DNA from: Takakia lepidozioides
Lineage: Eukaryota > Plantae > Bryophyta
DNA length: 64,000 nucleotides
Direction of reading: 5' to 3'
Assembly: GCA_030704615.1 (NCBI GenBank)
Contig: CM060733.1
Location: 22,754,001-22,818,000 of the forward strand
In this document: positions 11,590 through 22,592 of the stretch, piece by piece
How the letters are laid out: each line of letters begins with the position of its first letter
Numbering within the stretch: the stretch's first letter is position 1
Position numbers and translations under genes: made by a program
Notes under the pieces: generated by a model
The model's input: only the letters and a program-made list of their open reading frames with translations
Told to the model about the DNA's origin: nothing
The model's database searches: none

Positions 11590-11790
11590 GCTCCCTGAGA
11601 CATATCTGCACCGAATCGGTCGAAGCGGGCGGTTTGGTCGCAAAGGTGTTGCTTTCAATTTGTTGCTCACAGATCAAGATAAGCGAAACGTCACGAAGAT
11701 TCAACGTCATTTTAACAAAGTGATTACTGAGGTGGCATGGAATGATGATGTTGCAATAGAGGAAGTCTTGAGGGATGCAGGCCTTGCAAG
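11590..11790 (+). pseudogene. Captured C-terminal fragment of a DEAD-box RNA helicase (DDX19/Dbp5/LOS4-like)
   Basis: ETYLHRIGRSGRFGRKGVAFNLL (motif VI) followed by a KIQRHF...EEVLRDAGL tail. Upstream helicase motifs are absent. Confidence 0.75.
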
Positions 11791-13196
11791 AGCCTCCCTA
11801 CACAGGTCTGGTAAAACAAGGCTTTCATGTGGCAGATCTTGGAGAGGGTGAAGAGCAGACACACATGTGTTTGCTTCCATTCTTCTTGCAGACAAAGGTT
11901 CTCGAGTGGCCAAGAAGGCTGCCAAAAAGCGAAAAGCAGCATTTCAGTAAGCGTTTTAATGTATCGGTGCGCTCAACACAGTCATACTGGGTGACTGTCG
12001 CATTTCATACCACTCCATAAAGTCTTGATAGCTGGGAGTTTTCTATCCAAGACCACTTGACGGCCCGTAAGGAGTGAGAGCAAATGGGCATGGAGTATTG
12101 AGCTGGAGCAGATCTCTTTGGATGAGTGTGCATCACAACGGTTCTTTTGCACACTCATGTTGCAGGTTAGATCCTAGAGCCTGGATTGTTGCCAAGAAGG
12201 TGGTCACAGGCTAAAAGGTGTAGAGAATACAGAGCCTTAGGACTGCCTGTGTGATGCACAGTTTATGTATGTTTATACTGTTTGAGAGCAGGGTCACAGC
12301 CATGGAGGTGAACTGGCAAGTACATGTGATAGAAAAGCTAAGTACATGAGAAGATTGAGATAGGCCAAGAGGCTTTCAAGGAAGACAGAATAAGCTCGGG
12401 ATTGGTGGCACTTCCCTGTATTGGTGGCAACATGAAATTGCGAGCACTGCGGGTGGCATTAGAAGGAATGCTGCACTGAGAGGGAGGTGAGCAGGCACAT
12501 GAAAAGAGCGGGAGGCAAAGAAGATGGGGCCCGTTGCAGAGCAAGGGAGCTCCCTGCTATGAGTCAGTTCTTGCCTCGTCCTGCTGCCGCTCACTGTTGC
12601 AAGCTCCATCTTCAGCCGCAGCATGCAGGCCCAGTTCGAGGAAGAGGAGCAATAGCGCAGGAGCAGATCCGCCATCGCCAAAGCTCAGATGCCCCCGCCA
12701 TCGGAGAAGATTCACAGGCTAGTTGATGAAATCTCCAGCCTCACTCTACTTGAAGTTTCAGATCTCACAACGCTGTTGAACTCAAATGAAATGGAGGGGA
12801 ACAGCAGGCACGTGGCCAGGGAACCTAGGAAACCATATAGAACTTAGGGAACCGGGAACCAGTTATCAGATATTTTGGGTGTAACTTTCAATTTTAAACT
12901 TGAAAACTTATTAAAAAAAATAAAAAAAATAAATAAAAAACCCTTTGATATAATTTAAATGATTTAGAGCCAAATTGGTCATATCTTTGTCAAATGGGCT
13001 CTGTTTGACTCAGTTTTTGAGGGGATAGCTGCAGAAAGGGGAAATCTACCTATCTAGATCTGGTTTTTGTTTTTAGGACTCTGCTAAAAATCTATGGAAT
13101 TTTTAGAGTGTGAGTGTGTCATGAAAGATCCACAATTCTGTTTGTAGAACCTGTGCTGGTCTATATGAGAGACAAATCTGTGGATGTACTCCTTGT

Positions 13197-13946
13197 ATGG
13201 CTGGGGGAAATGAGGACGTAATTGAAGGGCAGGTCTCTTCTCTTAGCCTGTGCACACAAGGGGACAAGATTTATGTTTCCCAAGGAACTCAGACTGATTT
13301 GAGTGGAGAACAGTTGGACGAGTTGATTGCATACTGGGAGTCAGGCATTAGCAGTAGACAACAGACTGCTGTAGTTGGCGTTGAGGGCCTCAATATCGAC
13401 TTGGACAGTCAGAACTCTGTTGGAGCCAGCAGTTCTGCAGCTGTAAGTGAAATACCAAAGTGGGTGAAAGCTAGGCTTGGAACACAGCCAAAGACAGCCC
13501 CGGGTACCAAGGTGTTCAGTCACAAGGCCGTGGTGTACTGGAGCAGAGGAGCAAGAGCTACACAAGTTTGTGCAATCAGACAGCGTTGCAGCCGGACACG
13601 CTCTGCACAGGGCAACCACGAGCGGGGGTTCATTTGCAATGACATGTTTGTTGTGCGTGAAGGAGATGCAGTCATTCGCAATGAGGACACCCGCAACCGT
13701 CTCAAAGCTTTCGAGTTGAGAAACTATCAGACCCTACCTTTGTTTTCTTTAGTGTTCAGTGAGCGGGAGATAGGGGAGTATTGCTTTGTCTCTACCTGGC
13801 AAAAAGAGGAGGAGGGTTGGTTAGAGCGAGCTACTGTAGCTTGGGACAAGGTTAGTGGCAGGTTTCTGGACATAGATATACCTCCTACACCTTACCATCA
13901 TGCAGAGCGAGGCACTTTGAGAGAAGTCTGGCAGTTGATAGCATAG
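13197..13946 (+). CDS. Extra 249-aa ORF upstream of gag, unknown function
   Basis: Uninterrupted ATG-to-stop ORF in the element leader; no motif recognised. Confidence 0.45.
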   Translation: MAGGNEDVIEGQVSSLSLCTQGDKIYVSQGTQTDLSGEQLDELIAYWESGISSRQQTAVVGVEGLNIDLDSQNSVGASSSAAVSEIPKWVKARLGTQPKTAPGTKVFSHKAVVYWSRGARATQVCAIRQRCSRTRSAQGNHERGFICNDMFVVREGDAVIRNEDTRNRLKAFELRNYQTLPLFSLVFSEREIGEYCFVSTWQKEEEGWLERATVAWDKVSGRFLDIDIPPTPYHHAERGTLREVWQLIA

Positions 13947-16900
13947 ATCAGGATTAGATCTTTCTTGGTCGGGCTTCTATTCTTCCCCTCCATCTCTGTA
14001 CTATTTTCATTACCTTGTACTTGTAGTTGCCAAAGCCTCTCTTAGTGGAGGCCAGTCAGTCCGGGGTTTTGGGCTAGGCTATTCTGCAGGATCAGCATTG
14101 CAGCTGGATTTTGGTGTGGGGGTGTTGATGTTTTGATTTCTTGTGTTTGGATCCCCCCAACACCTGCATGCTTGACTGTGCGCCATGTTGGTTTTGTGTG
14201 GGCGCTTGCTTTCATAGGGATTAGGCCGGATTTGATCACCGGTCAATCCTAGAGTATGCTGTCGGTGGTGAGGCTGGAGTGATGACCAGCAAGACCACCA
14301 GTGTTTCTTCTATGGTGAGGCTGGGTTGATGACCAGCCAACCATAGGAGTTCTTGCGGTGGATGCAGGTGCAGGTGCCCTGAGCCATTGGGATATGACCC
14401 TTAAACTGCAACAGGTGCCCACCCGTGTCACTATTAGATTAGTACTAGAGCCTTATAGTGTCACGTGGAGGAGGTGCACATTGTGAGTGTCATTACGGAG
14501 TTACCCAAGGGTTTTGAGGGGAGTACGGCTACAGGCAGTAACAGTGAGAGTGGGTTCACAAGACGAGGTATTCGGTTCAGACCACCTTCACCGCCACCCT
14601 CAATTACTGTAGAGTCAGACACAGACTCGGAGGCTTCATCAACAGGTGTGCACTTTCATTCGCCATTGTTGTGGGACGACATGGAGGAGATGTATGGAGC
14701 TACCAAGGGGCCTCGTAGGTACTCTGGAGCTGTGGGCACAATCGAGTTGGATGACTTTATCCAGGAGTTCGACAGCTGGTGTGATTTGCAGCAGATGCGC
14801 AATCCACAGCTATTCACCCCATTCATGGCGTGGAAGGGACTGTTCCAGCATTTGGAAGGCCCGCCTATGGACGATTACCACGAGTTCAGGCGAGGACATG
14901 AAGCAGAGATTGAGGAGTGGAGGATGTATTGGTCACCAGACTACGTCTCCATTACTCGAGGCACGACGCGACCAGTAGCTGCATCAGTACCAATAGCTCC
15001 CACTGCCAGCACTAGTAGTGGAGCAAGTAGTGCTGGTACTTCTGCAGGTGGTACCAGTTCAAAAGGTGCTACTACTCCTCCTGTCACGACTACAACACAT
15101 GTGCCTAGATTCAACCCGGTGGTGGAGTTCTTCCAGGAGTTGCGGAGGAACTACCAAGGTGTACGGACAGAGAAGCTGCGAAGTTTGCAAGACTTCCAGC
15201 GCAAACCCAGTGAGAGCCTGCGAGAGGCGTACACTCGTATGAGGCGCTTAATAAGTGTGACCCAAGGGGTTACTGAAGCTCAGGCAATCCAGTTTTGGTA
15301 TGGAATTTTGGACAAGGAGCTCAAGAGAAGGGTGCGAGATGCAACCCTGTTACAAGCAGCCCAACCCACATTAGCTGATGTGTTTCTGCTGGCTGAGCGG
15401 ATTGAGCTCAACATGGTGGAGGAGCGAGTTGTTACAATTGGATTTGGCAAGGACATGCCTGCACGGGGCACAGCTGTCAGCCCACAGGCACAAGGGACTG
15501 CCCAACAGCGTGGTCAGGGGGGCAAGGTTGCCCAGCCCAAGTTCCATGGAGCTTACAGGGGACCTCAGGTGCAGAGGCCCGTGACAGCTTTTGCAGGCCA
15601 ACAGCAACCAGGGGTGATATGTTGGACATGTGGAGGACCCCATGTCAAGAGAGATTGCCCAGAGAGTGGCAAAAGGCCGGCACAAGCACAGCCTGCACAG
15701 TTGCAGTATGGGCATTGTGGCAAGTATGGGCATGGAGATGCCCAGTGTTATGACTTGCATCCTGAGTTGCGCCCAGGCCAGTTCCAAGGGAACAATGGTG
15801 GCCGGGGGCGAGGTGGACCAGCCCAAAGAGGACGAGGTGGTCGGGCACGAGGTGCAGGCCAAGGGCAAGCTCCACATGGCCAAGGACGCGGAGGTCAGGG
15901 TGTTGACCAAGGCATGGCCAATCGGCTTCAGCAGCTAGAGCAGAGGCTCGCTGCCATGGCTATAGCTCAGGCGGTACCGGCTCCCAGGCGGGATGGTCCA
16001 CCTCCTGCTCCTGAGGGAGGAGATATGGGAGGCATGGGATTCATGTGCGGAGCAGCACTACCACTACAACAGGTGGAGTCTGGTGCAGCCGTGACTCGAG
16101 GGGCAGCACGAGTTCCTGAGCCACGAGGTGCAGAGGTGGAGTTGGATCCACAACGTGGGGAGGCAAGCCGTCAGGCAAGGCTGCCTCAGTCGTTCACCTT
16201 GGCGGAGACAGTGTCAATGCCATCCATGGCACCTAGTTCTCGCCCGACTGTTACCGAGGCGGAGGTTTCTATGCCATTGGGGAGAGCTACACGTGCAGCA
16301 CTAACACCTGCTGCCAAGGCTAGTGCGGCCGGTGTGTTATTGGGGGCAGCCACCTCTGTGTGTCAGGCCCCACTGTTCTCGGCAACAATGATTGCGACGC
16401 CGGGGGTGAGACCAGCTGCAGTGTTCCGACTAGCAGCAACACTCTGTGAGAGTGGGGAGGTCACTTCATCTTCTGCGGAGTTAGTGGAAGGTGTAGTGGC
16501 AGAGGGATCCTCGGATTTGAGGGTCAAGATTGCCACGGCTGCGCCCTGGCAAGCTGCAGCTGTTAGGTTGACGGAGCTGCCAGCTAGGCCAGCCTTTGAG
16601 CGCGCCATGGTGACACCTGGAGTTGTCTTGTTAGACAACCAGGGAGGCATTTTCACTTTGAGTGGACCGGCAGGCAAGAAGTACCGGCCACTGCGGGTCT
16701 TGTTGGACTCGGGAGCTCAGCCACTGGTGTTGGGCAGAGCTGCTATTGCAGGTTTGGGCCTCATGGAGGCGGATATGGAGCCTTGTCCTTTCCATATACA
16801 GACATCTCTGGGAGGATCAGAGCAGGCTCAGGGCATGACACGGCATCAGTTGGCCATTAGACTGTAGCCGATTCATCCTATCGATGGCTCAGTAATGCGA

Positions 16901-17419
16901 GCCAAGGCCATTGTGACAGACGCAGTCTCTTACGATGTCCTCGTTGGTGGGGCAGTGTTATACCCCATGGGCTTCACCCTAGACTTTTGGGAGGAGTCAG
17001 CATCCTACATGCCTGGATGGCAGTCAGGGGATGGTCGCCGTGCACAGCTCCCTGTGACATTCATTGGGGGTATAGCGGCTGCCCAGCGGGGCAAGATGCC
17101 AACACTAGCTGCCTTTACAGCTGCAGTTATTTGGCCTGGAGAGTTGCTGGAAGGCAATGCCCATGTAGAGGATGTGCCACCTCCAGCAGAGCAGGATGAC
17201 ATGCATGGTATGGCGGAGTTGCCTGCCATGGTTGCTCACACTCCATTGTGGGGTACGAGCAAGGATTTGCAGCAGGTTGCTGATCGACGGGTGCAACAAG
17301 CCTGGGTAGAGGTTTTTGTTCCGTCAGGAGAGGAGGAGAGTGCGGGTATTGCACCAGGACCACCTCAGTTGTCACCATTGGATACCACACCTATTGTGTG
17401 GCAGTATCCGGATGAAGGC

Positions 17420-18365
17420 ATTTGCCTTCTGGACTTGTTTGGCGGGATCAGCACCGGATTGGCTGCTGTGCTACAGGCAGGTGTACGAGTTCGACGTTAC
17501 CTGTATGTGGAGAGGGATGAGACTGCATGACGCATCTCACTGCGCCATGTTGCTCAGTTGGTACAGCAATACCCTGACTTGTTGTCAGTGTCTGCAGTTC
17601 GTGGATACCAACAAGCCTTGCCAGCAGACATTTCTTTGTTGGGGGCGCAGGATTTGGAGCAGGTTGGCTCCATTGATCTGGTAGTGGCAGGTTGGCCCTG
17701 CCAAGGGCATTCATCAGCCGGGCATGGCAATGGATTGCAAGACTCGAGGACGGGTCTGTTTTGGGAGATAGTGCGGATTTTGCGCTACTTGCAGCTTCAT
17801 CAAGCTGTATCTCCAGCATACATCTTGGAGAATGTACCACTGATGGGTGATTCTCGGGCCATGGTGATGGCCAGTGTGCATCAAGTCCGGTCGTGGCTTG
17901 GGTCAGCAGTGTTGCTGGATGCAGCTGCAGTGGGGTCACGGGCTCATCGTCCACGGCTTTGGTGGACTAACTTGATGCCACCCGCACTACTCAAGCGTGC
18001 ATTTGATGGGGTGCAGCGGCCAGCACACCTCACCGTGGATGGCATTTTGGACACAGGGAGGCAGTCTCAACGTGTGAGACACGATGACCGTTCGTCTTTG
18101 GCAGTGGTCAACAGGGTGGGTCAACCACGAGCAGCATTACCTACACTGCTCAGCTTCCCAGGATCCCATGCTTTTCAGGATGGTGGACCTGGCCTCCTGT
18201 GGGATGCTCAGTTGCAGCAGTTAGTGGAGCCTAATGCCGACGAGCGAGAGCGGGCTATGGGGTTTTCCACTGGGACCACGGCGGTGCCTTCTCTTTCTGA
18301 GGCATCACGGCGTCAGGTGTTGGGGCAAGCAATGGATCTCAATTGCTTGACCTGGTTTATCAGCT
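17420..18365 (+). CDS. DNMT3-like C5 cytosine methyltransferase domain (inner element)
   Basis: Motif I LLDLFGGI, II YVERD, IV AGWPCQG, VI ILENV, VIII AHRPRLWWTN, IX/X ERERAMGF...RRQVLGQAMD. One internal TGA at 17528. Confidence 0.92.
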
Positions 18366-21300
18366 TGGCTATGGCTGAGCAACGTAGAGTGTAGAGTGCA
18401 CTCCCCTTCATGGTCTCTCTGCCTACCGAGACGGTACAGGCAGCGAGTGGGGGCAAGCCGGTGAGGACCACGAGGTGTAGACATCCATGGCACACGTGGG
18501 AGGTGCTCGAGGTTCAGAGGGAGTTGGCAGCGAAGGCAGCTGTGATGGATGAGGTTGGGGATTCTTCTCGGGATGAGGAGGTTCTCAATGATGAGATGAT
18601 GGGGCAGGATGAGGCCTTGTCATTGACTGAGCAGGAAGGGGGTACTGCTCAAGAGGTTGCAGCATAGCAACCACGGGACGCGTCCTCTACCTCTAAGCCC
18701 ACTGGACTTAAGGTTGCAGTTACGGAGGACAATTGGGAGCCTGACATTGGACCCATTGTCACCGGAGGAGAGAGACGACGTATACGGCGGTTCCTGAGGG
18801 CTTACAGGAATTGCTTTGCCTTCAGTTTGAAGGACTTGGGAGCACTGAAGGGTCAAGAGATCCGTATTGAGTTGGCCACTGACACGCCAATCTTTCGGAG
18901 ATCCTATAGATACAGTGACATGGAGAGGTCTTTGATTCAGATGAGGACTCAAGATTTCTGGGAGGCAGGTTTGGTGGAGCTCTCTGGTGGAGGGTATGCT
19001 TCAGCCACAGTGATGCTAGCTAAGAAGGATGTCTATGGCAATTGGACGGAGAGACGTATGTGCGGTGATTACCGGCCTGTAAATCGTCAGACCAAGTCCG
19101 ATAGGTATGCCATGCCAACACCAAAGGAGATCTTTGATGCCATTGGGCATTCCAAGGTCTTTAGCACGTTGGATTTACGATCCGGATATCACCAGTTGCC
19201 GATCAAGGAGGCGGATAAGCAAAAGACGGCATTCTGGGGGATCAATGAGCACGGGAAGGATTGCCTATACCAGTGGCGGTTCTTACCATTTGGGCTTAAA
19301 AACGCTCCCGCTGAGTTTCAAAGAGTCATGGACAGGATTCTAGCAGGGGTGGAGTTTGCTCGGTGCTACATAGATGACATCATCATCTTTAGTGCTACAG
19401 TGGAGGAGCATGAGAGACACCTTCAGGGGGTATTTGAGTGCTTGAGGACGCACGGATTGAAGTTACATCCGGGCAAGTGCAAGTTTTTCCACAACCAAAT
19501 TGAGTATCTGGGTCACATGATATATCCTGGAGGATTGGGGGTACAGCAGACTAAGGTAGAGTCCATTGCACAGGTTCCACGCCCCACGGATGTGAGCCGA
19601 GTTCGAGCTTTCATGGGGTTAGCAAACTATTACAGACGGTTTGTTAAGGGATTTAGTGCCATTGCAAAGGCTCTAACCAAGCTGACCAAGGTGGACCAGG
19701 AGTGGCAGTGGGAAGATGAGCAAGAACAAGCTTTTCAAGAGCTCAAGGCGAGGTTGACCTCGGCGCCCATCTTGAGACGACCTATCAGGGGGCGTTCTTT
19801 TCAGCTGCATACAGATTGGAGCATGCTGGGGCTTTGAGCGGTGCTCACACAGGTGGATGATGAGGGAAGAGAGTTCGTAGTGGCTTATGCTAGCCGCTCG
19901 AACAACGCTGCAGAGTCTAAGTATAGCTCATATGAGGGAGAATGCTTAGCTGCAGTGTGGGCCGTGGCACACTTCAGGTGCTATCTATACGGCAATCTCT
20001 TCACCCTTGTCACGGATCACCAACCACTCAAATGGTTGATGGAGTCAGACGAGCTTACGGGGAAGCTTGCACGGTGGGCACTCATCCTTCAAGAGTATGA
20101 CTTTCAGGTGGTGCATCGATCGGGTTTGGTCAATCGCAATGCAGATGGGTTGAGTCGCAATCCATGCACGAGCCAACATGATGACACTGGAGCTCGGTGG
20201 CATGGTGAGACGGACGAGGAGATGGTGCCCGGATGGCATGCATCTGCATTTCTGTGTATCTTGGCAGCGGAAGGCCAGGTTGGACCTGCAACATGGATGA
20301 CTGTAGATCAAGTGTCTGAGGACCCTGAGGCCAGCAATGAGCAAGGTGGCGCCAAAGATATACATGAGGATTCAGTTGTGTTGGACTACCTCCGCACTGG
20401 AGACACGGCAGCCACTGTGACTGCCAAGGAGAGGGATCGGATCCTACAACGAGCCAAGAGGTTTGAGTGGGAGGGGACACACCTGCTCCGAGTGTGGGAG
20501 GATGGTCGAGTGAGGATTGTGCCTCACCCAACACAGCAGGCACGGTTAGTGCGCCATGCCCATGAGGAGTTGGGGCATTTTGGGGTGCGACGCACTCATA
20601 GTCTACTGCAGGGGCAGTATTGGTGGCGTGGTATGCACACAGAGGTGCAACAATTTGTGGCTAGGTGCATGGTGTGTGACAGGGTGCGTGCTTCATTCAA
20701 CGCCCCTACTCCACAATTGCACCCTCTTCCGATCATGGGATTGGGCTACAGGTGGAGTCTTGACTTCGCAGGGCCGTTGCCACTGACCATGCGCCACAAC
20801 AAGTACGTGTTGGTGATGGTGGAGCACTTCTCCAAGTGGATTGAATTGGTTCCATTGCCTGATAAGGCTAGTGAGGGAGCTGCGTATGCATTCTTGGATT
20901 GTGTGCTTAGCCAATTCGGTGCTCCAGCTGAGGTACTCACGGACCAAAGGAGAGAGTTCTTGGGGGAGTTTCAGGCTTTGTGTGACAAGGCCTTGATAGA
21001 CCACCGCACCACTTCTCGGGATCATCCTGAGGCCGATGGCTTGGCAGAGAGAGTTGTTCAGACAGTAAAGAGGGGTTTGCGCAAGTATGGCTTGCAGAAG
21101 GGACACCTAGGAGATTAGGACCTTCAGTTATCCTGGTTAGCCATGGGCTACAGGTTCAGCAAGCAAGCATCACTTGCCTCCTTCTCACCATACTTTCTTC
21201 TCTTTGGCCGAGAGCCGGATTTGCCTACATCCATTCGCAGAGAAGCTGCTACAGTTCTTAACCTTGACGATCCGGACGTGTGGGCACGTGCATGTGAGCA

Positions 21301-21658
21301 GCGTGCAGAGTTGTTCAAGAAAATCATGCCCATGGCTTTCGAGAACCTTGCCATTGCACAACACCGTGATACGTTGAGGTATGCTACCATACGTGGTGGG
21401 GGCTATCGTCCTGGGGTTCGGAGATTCAACCTTGGTGACTATGTCTATCTACAGCAGACTGCTCCTACGACTTTGGATGTGACTCCAGGACGTGTTATTT
21501 TGAGGGTTCGAGAGGTCTTGCCCTCAGGCGTCTTGGTCTTGGAGGGTCGGGATGGCATAACTTGGAAGGACCATGTGCGTAATTGTGCGCCATGTCACCT
21601 TCCGAATGTCGATGGCAGGATTGACCCAAACCTGGCAGTGGTATCTGCAGGTTTGAGG

Positions 21659-21795
21659 TGCATGTTGTGTGGGTCTGCTAGAGGGGCAGCCACCATGCTG
21701 GTGTGTGATCGATGCTCTAGAGGTTGGCATATGGGATGCTTGACTCCACCTCTTGAGATGGTTCCGGATGGGGATTGGTTATGTCCACATTGCAT
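21659..21795 (+). CDS. PHD finger at the integrase C-terminus
   Basis: CMLC...MLVCDRCSRGWHMGCLTPPLEMVPDGDWLCPHC fits the C4HC3 pattern. Confidence 0.92.
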
Positions 21796-22062
21796 TGGAT
21801 AGTGGGAGTGGATACAACCATGGAAGGCTAACAAGAAATGCAAGGCCAAGCTACTAGGAGACCTTGAACACACGAGATCTTGGCTCAAGTTCACAGATTG
21901 CAAGACGGCGACTAACGATGGGGCTACTCTTGTACCCGGCCTCTTGGTTAATAGAGTTTGAGCACGATAGGGACAGTGATAGAGGACTTAGTACGGCTGT
22001 GGCTATTACATCTTGTAGCTATCTGGAGTTAGATGGACCTATCCACCAGCTAGGGGGGCGAT

Positions 22063-22592
22063 TGTGGCAGACTACTTTATTGTGCATATATGTGTGGTGT
22101 GGTTTGGACAGCGATGTAGTTGTGCAGCGATACGTATGCGCACGACAGCTGTCAAGTTAAATAAGCACAGTGTGAAACTAGCTAGAATAAAGCTAGTTAT
22201 TTGTATTTAACACTTGGATTTAGGTCAAGTGTTAAATCAGGTGTCAAGTTTAGTTTGACACCTGACCCGTCTTATCTTCACGAGAGCGGCAGTCGCGCGG
22301 CTCATCTCTCTCGAGTTGAGCCTGCGCGACCGAGCTCCTTCATCGCTTCAGATCTGAGTGTGCTTATGATGAGAGTGTAGGTTGTTGTGGGGTGGAGTCC
22401 CCATAGCTTGGGGTGCCCCTGGCTCGACTATTATCTTAAAGAGTGTTGTTGTTGGATTCATGTTGTTTTCTTGTGTAAACAGTGTGTTTTTCTAGTTTTC
22501 TTATCATTGTGGCAGACTACTTTATTGTGCATATATGTGTGGTGTGGTTTGGACAACGATGTAGTTGTGTAGCGATACGTATGCGCACGACA
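22063..22592 (+). repeat. Right terminal block A(22063-22147)-GC-B(22150-22506)-T-A(22508-22592)
   Basis: Both A copies are 85 bp, TG...CA, with 2 differences. The first A is preceded by a PPT-like AGGGGGGCGAT. Confidence 0.93.

Larger units (their letters stand above)
14465..21802 (+). pseudogene. Single-frame Gag-PR-DNMT-RT-RNaseH-IN-PHD polyprotein with in-frame stops
   Basis: ORFs 14465, 16895, 17558, 18410, 18827, 19841 and 21143 are all in one frame. Motifs: Zn knuckle CWTCGGPHVKRDC, protease LLDSGA, RT LDLRSGYHQ and YIDD, RNaseH TDWS...YEGECLA...TDH, integrase H..GHFG...CMVC, SLDFAGPL, TDQ, AER. Stops at 16865, 17528, 18392, 18665, 19835 and 21116. Confidence 0.92.
10542..22592 (+). 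mobile_element. Inner full-length Ty3/Gypsy element (Chlamyvir/REM1-like, PHD-tailed integrase) carrying a C5 DNA methyltransferase
   Basis: Termini TGTC...GACA with 4-bp TSD CCAT (10538-10541 and 22593-22596). Domain order Gag-PR-DNMT-RT-RH-IN-PHD. Lineage name inferred from the PHD tail. Confidence 0.92.

Noticed and set aside
11483-11851. Functional host helicase gene
   Set aside because: Only the C-terminal fragment is present, inside a retroelement.
10542-22592. DIRS/PAT/Ngaro tyrosine-recombinase element, suggested by the split repeats and a methyltransferase
   Set aside because: It encodes an aspartic protease and an HHCC-DDE integrase, has TG...CA ends and a TSD, shows no recombinase motifs, and the MTase is C5-type.
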